DNA of 57,080 nucleotides, counting the filler, from Sphacelaria rigidula (lineage: Eukaryota): assembly GCA_964200075.2 (NCBI GenBank). It is 5 parts of 5 records of this genome, joined end to end, with 100 filler letters (N's around TTAATTAATTAA, not from the genome) between each part and the next. Parts side by side here need not be neighbours in the genome. Positions count along the whole stretch, not along the records: positions 22,879 to 34,213 come from CAXNAA020005047.1; positions 34,314 to 45,647 come from CAXNAA020005048.1; 3 more parts are not named here. One strand, 5' to 3'. The notes under the pieces were generated by a model that had not been told where the DNA came from, ran no database searches, and worked only from the letters and a program-made list of their open reading frames with translations. The position numbers and the translations under genes were made by a program. Shown here one piece after another: positions 23,392 to 36,164 of the stretch (the first letter of the stretch is position 1; each line of letters starts with the position of its first letter).

Positions 23392-23671
23392 GCCGCCTCG
23401 CCCTGGTGGTGTAATGGTCCAACTGTCGCCATCAAGATGGAGGGGACGAGGGTTCGATTCTCGATGCGTTTTTTTTTTCTTCACAATATTTGATTTCCAC
23501 CGTGGAAAGCGTGAGAACATGAGTAAACAAAGTAGTTGATTGAGTTCGTTTGACGTGAGCTGACGCGGTGCGGGAGGGCTGACCCAATCCGCGAGACCCA
23601 AATGCAAGGCGAGTACCGGGGGAGAGATGATGATCGTTTGAGACGGCGGAGTCTTGCGATCAACAAAAAAA
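23392..23671 (+). mobile_element. tRNA-derived SINE
   Basis: Pol III A-box tggtgtaatgg (23407-23417), B-box ggttcgattc (23451-23460), A-rich tail; second copy at 4690-4916. Confidence 0.8.
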
Positions 23672-23906
23672 TTATTGTGCACGCTACGCACACAGGGTGG
23701 CGAAAAAGTGGATTCATTTCGCGGCACGCTGTTGTTGTGATTTCCTTTGATCGGGCGCTTGACTTGGGTTTGAGATGAAGGTGTTCACTCACTGAAGCAC
23801 GAGAGACCGGATCCATTTACGCTTGAAGTGCCAAAACCAAACCAAAACCGTGAGCTTATGCGTCGACACGTTCGTGTTGGAAACGCAAACGACCGGCACC
23901 CTGCAG

Positions 23907-24069
23907 GAAAGAGGTCGGGGTCATCCACCGGCATCGGATCGACCGCATCCTGGATCACTTCTTCATCTCCAGGATCAGCCTTCGGTTTCTGGTGGAGACA
24001 TACATCAGCAGCAAGAAAAACAAGCCTGGCTTTTCCGGCGTGATCGAGTCCGAGTGCTCTCCTGTCCTG
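23907..24069 (+). CDS. PDK: Pyruvate dehydrogenase kinase family gene (PDK/BCKDK), internal exon
   Basis: ctgcag|G acceptor, CTG|gtacgt donor; RIDRILDHFFISRISLRFLVETY...GVIESECSPVL matches the family pattern FLDRFYxSRIxIRML...GxI...CxP. Confidence 0.88.
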
Positions 24070-24154
24070 GTACGTACAAGTATTCACGATATCCAATCGT
24101 GTGCCGAGAAACGTTGGAGGAATGTAACTCCCCCTCCTTCCCCCCCCAAGAAGA

Positions 24155-24265
24155 TGACGAGCCTGGTCCGGCGAAAACCCGGCGTGCTCCGTCTCGGCTT
24201 TGTGGGGATGTGAAGTCAATGGTCTTACGACTGTGGCATGCAAAATCATGAGTACCCCCCCCCCC
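24155..24265 (+). mobile_element. Family B repeat 3' end
   Basis: gagcctggtccggcgaaaacccggcgtgctccgtctcgg...tcaatggtc...atgagtac followed by a C-run; a C-run also precedes it (TSD-like cccccccaa). Confidence 0.75.
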
Positions 24266-25084
24266 AAAAAAAAAAAGAGAAGAAAATAATGCCGGTAGAA
24301 AGTGTGGTACCGTACATGATGTGCGTAGTGTACAGTGAACATTATGTGGTGAAAAAGCGATGAGTTTCCCGGCACAGCCTTTCGTTTTGTGGGTGATACA
24401 TCTATGTTGATGTGACCATTTCGCGTTTTTATTGTGTGTGTGTGTTTCCATCTCGTTTCTCACCGTCGAACACAAACGGTAGCCGCTGCTGATTTTCCCA
24501 AGGATGTGTTTCGTTCGGCATATACCCGAAATCGGGGGATTTTTGGTTGGGATATCATCATTAATCATGACGAAATGTGTACCGATACCGAAACGTGTAC
24601 CGAACATTCCGGAGTGGTCCGGCAGTATATCGAGCCTCGTTCCGAACAACCCGGTAACACACCGCTTTCATACTTCGGTAAATACCCTAGTTTCAGCCGG
24701 TATACCCTGCAAACCACAACCTTGGAACTTCCCGCCCGCACCTCTCGTCCTCGTAACATCCGTGACATCGGTGACATCCGTCCCGCATGCAATCGTCTTA
24801 CCTGTTAGACACCTCTTGGACTCTGGTCATTCGGCAAAAGCCGGGCTGAGATCTACTCGGCTTTTTTATTCGTCTTGCGGTTTTTCCGCTCGTGGTTTGT
24901 TGTGGGCTAAATATACTCCATACCGTGTTCCTTTTCAAAAATATATTGCACGAAGTCTGTTGTCGGAGCGGTTTTTTACGGTCCCAAACGTTCGTCACCC
25001 CAGGTTCGCAGTTTTTCATGTTTTTTTTGCTTCTTTTTCGTGTATTCTTCCTCATGTTGTGTTTTGTCATTTCGTTGCATGAAG

Positions 25085-25156
25085 GTGGCGTGGAGAGCGG
25101 CCGCGGACGTTGACCGCTTGTGTCGGGTTCACATGGGTACCGCACCAGCGATCGAG
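25085..25156 (+). CDS. PDK: PDK exon
   Basis: gaag|GTG...GAG|gtaggt; VAWRAAADVDRLCRVHMGTAPAIE; phase 0 at both ends. Confidence 0.85.
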
Positions 25157-25763
25157 GTAGGTTCCCGTGCACTGCTTTTAGCCGCAGAGCGCGTGAGGAT
25201 AGTCCCGGAGTGCGTTGTTCGTGTTATCCCGGGGCGAATTTTGCTCTTGAGCTACACCGTCGTCGGCAGCAGTATGAACGCAGTACTGCCCCCGCGCCTT
25301 CACCCGTCAACATCAAAGGGGGGTTGGCCGCGTTGACGCACGTTTATGCGCGCCGTTTGTGCGGTGCTGCAGACGCAAGAATGGGCTGGGGGTATGTACG
25401 CCGTGGATACAGATGAAGAAAGCAGCCCAAGATACATTTCTGTCCCGCCACTGAAGAACCCCTTCGACACATGTCTCGCGTTTGCAGTGTACACTTCCGA
25501 GCTCATGTCTCCTCGTTTGCCTGCATTTTTTTTGTACTTTGATAGTATGCCTTCCGCTCTATATCATCCAGCTGCTTTATGAGCGGGCGTCCCCGACCCC
25601 ACACGTCTCTGTTGCTACACTTGTTTTTTGTTCCTGTGATCGTAATACGTCCCACGCTCTGATTGATCATTCTACATGATGAGCGGGTGATCCGCTTTTT
25701 TTCTCGCTCTCTTGGTTTATAACCTTTTTTGAATTGTTGCTGCTGTTGATGTTGAATTCCCAG

Positions 25764-25910
25764 GTGTACGGTCGGGAGCGGGACACCTTCACGGCTGTTC
25801 CAAGTCACCTGTACTACATCATCCGCGAGGTGCTCAAGAATAGCTGCAGGGCGACTGTACAGCATCACAGCCGAACCGCCAAACCCGGATCCAGATTGCC
25901 GCCCGTTAAG
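25764..25910 (+). CDS. PDK: PDK exon (N-box)
   Basis: cccag|GTG...AAG|gtgagc; VPSHLYYIIREVLKNSCRATVQHH...LPPVK. Confidence 0.93.
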
Positions 25911-25957
25911 GTGAGCAGTAACAACGCCCTGCCGCTCGCAGCACGTACCTCGAGCTA

Positions 25958-26624
25958 CGAGCTGGGCCAGCCTAAAGGCAGATTTGAAGGTTACAGGCTC
26001 ACGCGCAGGCCAATATTTTAGAGTTGTAGCGTAAAATTCGGTATGGACAAGCATACGGCATGATTTGTCTTCACCAGTGTACCGTTTTTTTCCCCCCATG
26101 AGTTGAGGGCATTCTACTAACACCTTGAAACTAATTATTGCCCCAACTCATATGAAGAAGAAAACTTTTGGTACACTTGTTATCTTTTTTTCATGCGGTG
26201 TGCATTATCCATACCAAATTTTATGCTATATTGGCCGGTGCATTCGCCTTTTAAAAACCGAGTCAGTAGAAATTCGAAACAGTATGCGCCATGTCTCGAG
26301 ATGAATTACGAAATAGGTGAAGGGGAGGGTATCTATCGTCCCCCCGTGCTCCAGGGAATGTCCACCAAAAGGCGTCATCATCCGCTGAATGTATGGTTCG
26401 GGGTTTCATATAGATTTTAGTGTGGACGCTATCTCCGTTAGGTATGGTAATTACTAGACATGAGCATTAATCAAGGAGAAATTATAGGCTCAGATTTTTG
26501 AGCAGACGAGGACCTTCCCCTTGATGAGATTAATGATGCGATATGCGGATCATGGCCCAACTCCTCTTTGTCAATGAGATATTGCGTTGAGAACTTAAAT
26601 CCGTTTCTAGGCTGGCCCAGCTCG
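25958..26624. mobile_element. Tc1/mariner-type MITE in a PDK intron
   Basis: TIR of about 30 bp, TA|cgagctgggccagccta ... taggctggcccagctcg|TG; a second, contig-truncated copy starts at 45434. Confidence 0.8.
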
Positions 26625-27250
26625 TGAGGAATATGTAAACCAGGGCGATGAAACACCCCAGGGTCAGTTTTATGCATGCATGAACAACACCCTGCACTGC
26701 CATAGGATATATCTAAAAAAAATCAGTCAACGCAACGTTTACAATTACCTACATGCATGAGCAACATCATGCACTGCCATAGGATATCTTTTCCTGAAAT
26801 ATCTCAACGAGACGTGTCCAATTATCTACATCTCAGCGGCGTGTGGCCGCTGCGCTTTTTGTCGCCGAGGTTGATGCAGATTCCGCGGAGTTCGATGGTT
26901 GGCCGAGTTGCGATACGGCAGTGTGGTTTCGTTTTGTCTTGTGTGCATTTGAGGTGCCTGCGACGTGATGTTATTTGTGCGTACACCTCACGCTGTGCAA
27001 TGTAAACCTCTTGGCACTTGTGCGGTCCTGCGCGCGACGAAGTGTCGCCTTGGTTTCGATTGTTTCGTCGTTTTGACTGCGTAGTCGCATTCGTAGCAAC
27101 CCCTCTCTTTGTCGGAATATTTGTCTCTTTCTCTTTTTTTTTGTAGTCTGCGTCGAAGTTTTGAGTTAATGATGCGCTGATTGCATGTTCCCTTCGCACG
27201 CACCCTGCAAACGAATACGACGTTTTTATTTTTATTTTTATCGAGTGAAG

Positions 27251-27413
27251 GTTATTGTGGCTAGAGGCAAGGAAGACATGACTATCAAGATCATGGACGA
27301 GGGTGGAGGAATCCGTAGATCTGACTTGCAGCACGTGTGGTCGTACATGTACTCAACCGCGCCGAAGCCCAGCCCGTCTCAGCTTGGAGGCGTGCCTCTG
27401 GATCACATGTCGG
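27251..27413 (+). CDS. PDK: PDK exon (G1 box)
   Basis: VIVARGKEDMTIKIMDEGGGIRRSDLQHVWSYMYSTAPKP; G|gtaagc donor, phase 1. Confidence 0.93.
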
Positions 27414-28939
27414 GTAAGCCCTAACTTTAGCCCCTGTCGCCGTACTACGGCCCGCGATCGTGAATGTCTGATGCAGGTTTCGCGCTGTGCACTTGTAGGT
27501 GTGATGCTGCGGTGCGTTTTGAACCATGCTAGCCATTTCCGTTTCCGTATCTTGTATTTTGCGGGATATCGTTTTTTTTGGTGCAGATAGTCCTTTCGGC
27601 AATATTTTTGTGGATGGTCGTTTATGCTGTGTTCACAATGTTTTTTGGCTGATACAGGCAGAGTGTGCGTTTGTAACCTACAGGGGGCATACACCTCGCC
27701 ACGTTCTAGACCTCAAGTATAAGTGCGTTTTTAAATACCTTGCAAGTTTGGTGCTGACCGATGAAAACGATTTGCCCTTCAGTTACCACGGAGCAAATGA
27801 CCACATGTGTGCACCCAGGTATCATTTTATAATATACATCATTATTGTTCCTATTTTGATGAAATTTAACCGATCACACGCGTATTGCTCACCGACCGGC
27901 GTAGAACAACCAAAAAGTAGCGTCAACGTATGAAATATTGAGAAAGGAAAAGCACCCTCCCAGGTGATGTACTCGATTATTTCGAACCGTGTAATCGGTG
28001 TGAAATGGATGAAGCATCGAGAGAGGAAAAACGTCCGCCCAGGTGATGCAATTAGTTGTTTTGAACTGTGTAATCCGTGTGTAACACGCGGGTAGGAGCA
28101 CATTATTAGCCAGCAGGGTTTTGAGTGGATTAATTGTAGTACACAAAAAAATAGCTAGCGGACGGCCTCTCCTGAGAACAAACTCTTCGAGGGCCGTCGA
28201 ATATGCACATGATGATATTTTGCGCTCACATAGACGGATATATTCACTGTGTGACCAAAGCAACACTTACACCAGCTGGGGAACGGACTAGCAAGCACGC
28301 AGAGGCTAGCTAGCTAACACAGCCATGGTTTGATGTAGAACATCCTCTTGTACCTATTAGCCAGTGGCGGATTTGCCCGTGAGATGAGCGCTGTGTACCG
28401 TACTCAAGTGTACTACATTTGCCTTCAAGTACAAAGAAGGCATGGAGCGGCGGCGCCTTTGTTGAACAGGCATGCCCATTGATGACAACAGCGCTGTTAC
28501 TGCCCACACACAGGGCTATCTCGCCCTGTGTGGCCAGCGCATGACAGGAGCAATATGTCATGGTCACGAACGAGATCATTGCTGTGGACTACATACAGTG
28601 TTCCCAATACACGTCACCCTTGCACTCGCATAATGCCGGGCGCATCCGCTGATTGTGACGAGCTTGATGCAGGAGGGGGGTTTTGTGTCGCACGGCAACT
28701 GTATTGTACTGTATGTACTATGGGTAAATGTTCGGGATAAAATTCTTCCGATTGTTCCGCCGGGACTGTGGAACTGAAACTGCACGACTCTACTACCGTA
28801 CCGCATTATTTGTTGTAGACCAGCACATACGTGTCGTATGTGTACGTTCTGAGTGTCATGCTCGTCATATGACGCTATGTCCTAACCACCACCTGTGACA
28901 GATGTTTACGGTCGTTAGCAGGCCATGGCAGTTGAAGGG

Positions 28940-29072
28940 TTAACCCGTTGACCTCCAGCGTTGTTTCGGAACAGGTCAATCGGCTGACAGTCCAGGGGCT
29001 CCAATGTTTTAGACCAGGGAGAGGACGGGGGGGGCAGGGGTACACATCCCCCGATCTTCAGTGAATGCTCCC
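28940..29072 (+). repeat. Interspersed repeat (possible piggyBac-type terminus)
   Basis: Starts TTAA|CCCGTT; homologous to 8840-8956 (-); no opposite terminus found. Confidence 0.45.
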
Positions 29073-30374
29073 GAAATCAACCATGCATGTTTCCAGGAAA
29101 TTTCTAGCTCTGGCATCAGGCCTGGAGAGGAGTGGGGTGACCATTTCGATGATTCTTATTGATGCAATGAACCCCCGAGTTTCCATTCAAATCGCCCGAT
29201 ATCGTCCACCCGGAGATGAAGCTGTATTTCACCATCAACCATAGTTCTACACGACAGATGGAGGGCGCATTTTGCTCTTTCCACAATCTTTTGCCACCTG
29301 CCTGTCTACCCTCTCTTGTGTGAAATGCGTTCAGTAATTATGTAAGACGGAGTGGAGATAGATCCAGTGTGTGCTGTTCACTCTGTGCAGTTGAAAGCAA
29401 GAGTATTGTACTACTGTGATGTTTGCTCCATTCAGGCGCTAGCGGAATGAGTCTGTACAGTACAGTACAGGAGCAGCGCGGCAGGGTACAGTTGAGATGT
29501 TACGGCATTCAAAACATGCAGGAGGTACGCTGACAACGCCTCGAGTGTGCCGAGACTGGTGAAGCGAGGATGAGAGTATGTTGCCTGAGTAGATCGCAGC
29601 AGATGTGATGGCCAGCGTGCTCTACTTGCTGGTGTTTCACAGCGTGTGTTCCGCTCTCGCAGCACACCGAAACATACTCCCAAATGGCTTGACCAGAGAA
29701 GGCGACCAGGGGTCCTCCTTGACACAAGCACTCAACAGTCATCTGTACAGAATCATAGACATCATGTGCCGCTTCAAGAATAACTCCGAAAGCCAAATTT
29801 GACCCATGATCGACATGGGGCGATCAGCGAGGTTTAGAGGAGAGGGTTGAACAACTCAAAATTTCCTACTCTTTTTTTTGGCTTCATTCTGCTTTCATTC
29901 AGCTTCCTCCCCCTCCTCCTCCCCCTCCCCCCCTCCCCCCCCCCCCCCCCCCCTCCCATACCTCCCTCCTCCACCCGTTCATCCNNNNNNNNNNGGTTCA
30001 ATACACCACTATTTTCTTCCTCGTTTTTTTTTTTCATCTCTCATTCTCACCTTCCTTCCACCCCTCCCCCCCCCCCCCCCTCCCCCCCTTCTTTCCCCGG
30101 CTATATCTTGTTCACATTTCCCCAGTTTTTTAATGACTCGAACTTGCACCCCTCTCCGACTTGAAAATATTTTTGTTGTTGGCATTCCTAGCCTAGATGT
30201 TCATTTCCTGGTTCATTCCCGAGCAAACCGCAATTGCAAGCAGGCCGCAAATGGTACTCGGAACGTGTTCGTAATGCTGTTCTTGGGCTACTTGTCTCTA
30301 CACTGAAATCGATGCCTCTGTTGAGTCTGATTCCTTCCCTTTCCCTCCCCCGCCCTGCCCGCCCCGCAATGCAG

Positions 30375-30561
30375 GGATGAGACTGAAGGAAGAAGCGTCG
30401 CTCTTGAGCGCACCATCGGCGGCGAATAACACCACGTTCGCATTCGCCGGATATGGGATGGGCCTTCCGCTGAGCAGACTGTACGCCAGATACTTCGGCG
30501 GGAGCCTGAAGCTCAGACCCATGGAGGGTTACGGGACTGATGCTTACATTCACCTACACAG
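30375..30561 (+). CDS. PDK: PDK exon (G2 box)
   Basis: gcag|GG, phase 1; FAGYGMGLPLSRLYARYFGGSLKLRPMEGYGTDAYIHL; AG|gtgatg donor. Confidence 0.95.
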
Positions 30562-30919
30562 GTGATGGCCACAGCTGGGAAGGGTAGCGATCGATGGAAG
30601 TCGGGTGCGGGGTGGTTGTTCACGACAGCTTGCACGTGCAAGCGACACTACACGTTCAATAAGCAGCAGGAGCGCTGGGATGTGCAGCGGGGGATCGGGC
30701 ATGTTTTGGCTGTGTGCCACGCTCCGAAACCTTTTCATGTGCTTCGATTGTCGACATTTTGTACCGACTCAGCTAAGTGGCTGAAGTCGGTCAGCCTCCT
30801 CTTGTGTATTCTGTCGCCTTTGCCTCCTCCTTTTTTTACCCCGCTCATCCCGCCGACGATTTTTTCTTATTTTCGTTGTACCGTCTCTCCTCACGTTCCG
30901 GTGCTGTGTCGTATCACAG

Positions 30920-31015
30920 GCTGAAGACGAACTCAGAAGAGAGGCTTCCCACGTCCCTCTCGGAAACTCTGAGGGTCATGGCGGACGATGGGCGCGTGCA
31001 TGTCGTGAAGACTAG
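30920..31015 (+). CDS. PDK: PDK exon
   Basis: cacag|G, phase 2; (R)LKTNSEERLPTSLSETLRVMADDGRVHVVKT; AG|gtgcgt donor (read-through would stop at 31028). Confidence 0.8.
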   Translation, partial: AEDELRREASHVPLGNSEGHGGRWARACRED

Positions 31016-31927
31016 GTGCGTTTCATGATTACAACCATCACGTGGCAGCAAAACAGTTTTGAGGCAACAAATGGAACATTACTCTCAACAGCCAAGAAAG
31101 ACCCCCGGCATGATGTGGGTGATAGCGGTAACTTGTGCTGGGATTGCTGTCCACGGCAAGCCCTCGGTCTGTAATGACGTTGCCCTAGATGGCCTGGGTG
31201 GGCAGCCCAAACATGTTTGTCGTCAGAGGGTATGTCGGCTCCGCCGCGTGATTTTTTTTCGGAGCGGATACAGAAGACATTCTGCGGCAGAAATGATTTC
31301 TCGCGTCAGCGCAGAGTCGTTACTGGCATCTGTTGTAAAGTAGATGGACCATCACGTCACCTAGTGCGCGCGGGGGCCACCGTCGTCGGCCGATCAACAC
31401 AGGGGCATGTACTATATGTCGCCGTTGCCGCTTGAGTTGGTGCACGCGTGCTTGCCCACAGTAGCCCTTTCCTTTTCTGGTGTAGGTGTTGATTTGGTTC
31501 GACATCATGTTGGTGCGAGATCCCTGGGGGCTTGGGTCTGCGCCGGTGATTCAGCGGATCTACTCTGCACGATAATCAAATGACACTCCCAAAAGTTTAT
31601 TGGGCCAGCAGCGAAGGCGCTCTTCACCATACACACGTGCCGGGTAGCGTAGAGTCGTATTATCGGAATAGCACGTTTTAACCTTGCTTATTTATCAACC
31701 ATTGGTGCTCCCATTTTATTAGTCGAGTTCTTTCCTATATGCACATGCGGCTGACTCAGCCTCAGCGAAAATGACAAGTGCCGTGTGTGCACCATTCCCA
31801 TACTGCTTGCCCGCTTGCTCGCGCACTGGTTGCAGAAGCACTGTTTTTTTTCTTTCTCGTGCCATACAGTCGAATCACTTGTGTTTTCCAGCGACATGAC
31901 TCTTGGTCGTCTTTTGTGTCCTCTCAG

Positions 31928-32000
31928 GTCATGGAAAACTCCCAAGGACGACAGTGACGCGAGAGCCCTCATTCGTAGCTTCGACGTTCAGGCAAAGTGA
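31928..32000 (+). CDS. PDK: PDK probable last coding exon
   Basis: ctctcag|G, phase 2; (R)SWKTPKDDSDARALIRSFDVQAK*. Confidence 0.6.
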
Positions 32001-34365
32001 GCTCAACTCTCCCTCGCCACGTGCGTGTCTAGTGATGATAGCCGCACTGGATGGTTGGCGAATCAGGATAGGGCACTTACTGGTGGCCAGCCGGCACGGC
32101 AGCAGGAAAGGACACAGATGTCTGATGCTGCAACGATTTGTGAATAGCGATGAAGGAAGGTTCTTGAACGTTTTTCTGAAACGATGCTACACACGACGGA
32201 GGACTGCGTTGCCCAAAGCAGATGCGACACTGTCGTGATTAGAGTTGTGGTGGTTCTGTAGACTATTTAGGGTAATATCGCTGGGCTCAAAATAGAAGGG
32301 TGAACACTTGCCCATATTTACTGGGAATGGCGTGGAGGTATGGTGGACGCCATGTTCGCGCGTGTGTGCGGTAACTTTGGCACAACATTTTCGCTGGTCG
32401 ATTCGTTGTCCCGAGTACCATGCTGGCGTTTTCTGTAATCCTCTTGTTTTGTCTCGGGTCGGCATGGACTCGTGACTTGGCCCTATGGCGAACACTGCGT
32501 TGGTCGGTTGCCTGTTGGGCTGCGGTGTAGGTAGTTCAACACGTGCATTACCGCCGGGATGCGGTTGCGCACGTTTGTGCGGTTTTGATATGTATATAAT
32601 ACTTCCGCGACGTTGGGCTACGTTACGATCGTACTGCGTCGTGAGCGCATAAACTTGATGCCTTGGAGGTGAAGGTGGGGGCGCGGTGCAGTACAGTCGG
32701 TACTTTAAACGTTGTACATGATTTATCACAAAGAAGTTGACTGCTCGTCAGCTTCATGTCACCCCATTAGATATACTCTATGTCCTTGGCTCCTGGTCCT
32801 TTCCCAGGGTTTTAATTTCTCATTCCAACAGTAGACGCCATCTTTTGAAGCAGAAGGCAGAGAGGCGAAGAAAGAATACCTGCATGTGAAACGTTTTGTT
32901 ATCATGAGGTGGGAGGTAAATTCCGTAGCAGTGCTAGGCTGCGATGTATTGCACGGCACGGGGGGTATGACCTAAGTTGTGGAACAATACAGTGGTCGGG
33001 GGAGATCGCTGTTTCTTTGACGGAAAGCAGTGACACACGAAGAGCAAGTGGCGGCTGAGGAAAGAAGAAGTTCTTGCGCGTCGACGTGTTGGTTAGGAAT
33101 GGCAGAGGGATCGCGGTAGAGTGTATCTTGGTTGCCGCTGCCGTTTGTCGCTACGGTCTGTTTGAAATGTTTCGCTGGGTTTGTAATCGGGTACGTACGT
33201 GTGGCTTAGAACGGTGATGCGTGTGATTTCCCACACGATGCTTGTACGTGCCATGGCGCGCGCGCATAAAGGGGCGAATCTTGTGTATTTCATTGCACCG
33301 CTGCTGGAGGCTGTTGTGTTGCAGTCGGGGTGAGCCGGTGGCTGAAAGTTTCCGACGTGTTGGGCGCACGTTGAGCTGGTGGTGGTGGTGGTTTTTGGCG
33401 CGTCGATGCTTTCTTCTGCTTCCGCTCAGCCTCTGCTGCTTGTTGGTACTGTACAAATCAGAGTTATTTTTTTTCTCAATATTACGGAGGTGAGTCACAC
33501 AATTTTATTTCAGAAATCCCGGGTGACATTTGAAATGATCGTGATCCGCGCCGTGAATTGTGTGGAGGTTAGAGGGGCGCACGTCCTCGGACGCAGTGTC
33601 GGCGTCAGCACGGAAAGCGGTCGGTACACAACACGCCCTTGGCTGATGCGCCCGGATTGCAAAATATTTAGTCACTACGGAGGGACGAAGCGCTTAAAAC
33701 AAAAGTTAGATGTGTGCAAAAGTGCAAGGCAAAGTTGGTACGGGGTGCTTTGACCGGCAGTACCGTTCTGACTGCGGGACGTGAACCACGCCACGGCAGG
33801 GCTGGAGTACCCACGACCCATCCGTGGAACTTTTAGATTGCTCTGTCACATTTTGAGCGCAAAACACCGTTCTCGTGATATTGAGAGTAAAGCACTGACT
33901 AAGAGTGACTTTGACCATTCGCTTTAGCTCAGCCATTTTTTATTCCATGTGTGCTCCTCTTTGCCTCCATCAATGGCGTGTGCATACAGCACAGGTCGAT
34001 ATCCTACTCAAGGAAATCGACGGTCTCAGTGGCGAGCTACTACACAAAGCATATCGGGCCTCGTGCGGAGGGTGATTTCGAAACTGAAACGATTAATGCA
34101 CTACTTGACCGTTTTTCGCTCTAAATCGTATCCTTTACCTTCAATCACACAAAATCGTATCCTCTAAACAGCCAATCATCTATATTGAGGATGGTGCTAT
34201 TGATTGAGGATGANNNNNNNNNNNNNNNNNNNNNNNNNNNNNNNNNNNNNNNNNNNNTTAATTAATTAANNNNNNNNNNNNNNNNNNNNNNNNNNNNNNN
34301 NNNNNNNNNNNNNCGTGAGGAATGGTGCACAAAAAAATGCCAGATTATGTGCAAAAACAAAATTG

Positions 34366-34434
34366 CCGTGTCGGGATTTGAACTCGTGACCTCTGTAAGA
34401 AGAGGCGGTTCTACCACTTTGACCACCGGGTGCC
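34366..34434 (-). mobile_element. tRNA-like SINE head
   Basis: Reverse complement ggcacccggtggtcaaagtggtagaa...gaggtcacgagttcaaatcccgac has A and B boxes but no complete cloverleaf. Confidence 0.55.
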
Positions 34435-34758
34435 AGACTAAAAAGTGGATGCTGTGGGTAATTCGGAGAGTTAGGCGCTGAAATGTTGACAGAACATGTT
34501 TATTATCACTGCGCACAACATTTCACGAGGTGCATCCGTGTTTTGTTTTTTTTCACGGTGTAATAGCATTTTTCTAGGTTTTAAAGAAACTTCAAATCGC
34601 ACTAACTTCCTGTTTGTTTGTTTTTTGCGAATGCACTCCGAGAAATGTTGTGCGTAGTGATGACACAAATCTTGTGTCAAACCTTCAGTGCCCAACTCTT
34701 CAAAATTACCCACAGCATCGCCAAAATACATTCTGAAATCACTGTCAGTTGCCCCAGC

Positions 34759-35760
34759 CTGTACACATTTCCCAGCTTCCACTCATACAAAATGGATCAA
34801 GTGTATATGTTTTCCACTTTTCGTTTATGCAGCGCGAATCACGCGTACATGTTCTCCACCTTGTGTCCATGCGATATAAATCGCGTTAACATGTTGCTTC
34901 CCACCTGTCATTTCATGGAGCGCGACTCTTCGATGGCGCGGCCGTTTGCAGGTGGGGTAGGCAAATAAGAGCGTACAGGTCGCGAACCCCTCAAGAGCCA
35001 AACCCGCAATAAACCCAATTTCATATTTTTTACTCACACGTAACACATCAACTAAAGTACAACACACGCGTCTGCGTGCCCAGAGCGGTTTTCTAGCCAG
35101 ATTCCCCGCCCCCGAGCTATGCTATTGACAAGACGTCGTGATTTCATGTGTCCTATGGTACAGGTGACCTGAACATACTGTATATGATACCACGAACACA
35201 TGCGAAGGACACAGCACCAGCACGAGTTGTCCTCGCATGCTCGCGGGAGTTTTCAGGACAATTCCGGCAGTGTACTCTGCACTCCGCGGACAATACGGTA
35301 CAGGATGGCGCAGCACGCATCTGCGCGTCTAGAGTGATTCTTCTAGCTGTTATCTTCGTATCATTCACACAGCATGAATCGCGTGATTCGTGTACATTGT
35401 GTACATGTTTTCCACCTTGCGTTCGTGAGCATGAATCATAGATATATGTTTTCTGCCGTTCATTCATTCGAGGTGAATCACACGTGCATGTTTCCCAATT
35501 TCCGTTCATGCAGTATGAATCGTACATACATGTTCTCCACAATCGATTCAAACGAGATGAATCAAGTATACGTGATTCCCACCCAAGACTCATACAGCAA
35601 GTGTTAATTCATACATAATTTGCACTCTTGATTCGTCTGATACTACTTGGACTGTACACATTTCCCAGTCCGTGATTCGTACCGGATGACTCATTGGTAC
35701 ATGATTCGCATTCAACATTCATGGTGTGTCAACCCGTATGAACTCTGATTCGTCCGATCC
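34759..35760 (+). repeat. Degenerate 42-nt periodic array in two clusters (about 34759-34920 and 35370-35760)
   Basis: Unit starts at 34792/34834/34876 and 35431/35473/35515/35557; consensus ATGAATCnnnnnTACATGTTyTCCAC...rTTCA; ctgtacacatttcccag occurs at 34759 and 35652. Confidence 0.75.
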
Positions 35761-36164
35761 GTGAAACTATAGCAGGTGGAGACTCATCGATCGTGATAAT
35801 GTTTTTAATATACCTCATGGCGAAAGACAAAGTATTTTCAACACTTTGAAGGAAGATGAGCTATCGTGCGACGAGAGAAGGCGTAGATTTGTCGCTGCTT
35901 TGATGTTTACCCCCCCCCCCCCCCCCCGGCGCGGACCCCTTTCGAGGGCTGGTGTTGGCTGACAACGGCGCTGTTAAACACGCCTCTCACTACGTGAGCG
36001 ATGGAAGCAGGTGACCGTTTTTCTTCGCTGAGTCTCTTGCGGTAGCCGTGATGGGCGGTCAAGCTAGATTAAAGTGTGCAGGGTCGAGAGCCTAAACTCC
36101 CCGCAAAGGGGTTGATCGTACTACGTGGTGTTCCATTCGTCAGACGCCCACGAGGCCGTGTGTA

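Noticed and set aside
23392-23470. tRNA gene candidates (also 34366-34434, 39915-39990, 8632-8716, about 10465-10545)
   Set aside because: A/B boxes are present but no complete cloverleaf or acceptor stem forms; several continue into repeated SINE bodies.
25188-25391. Alternative exon candidate within the PDK locus
   Set aside because: Its peptide has no PDK similarity; 25085-25156 supplies the expected segment in the correct phase.
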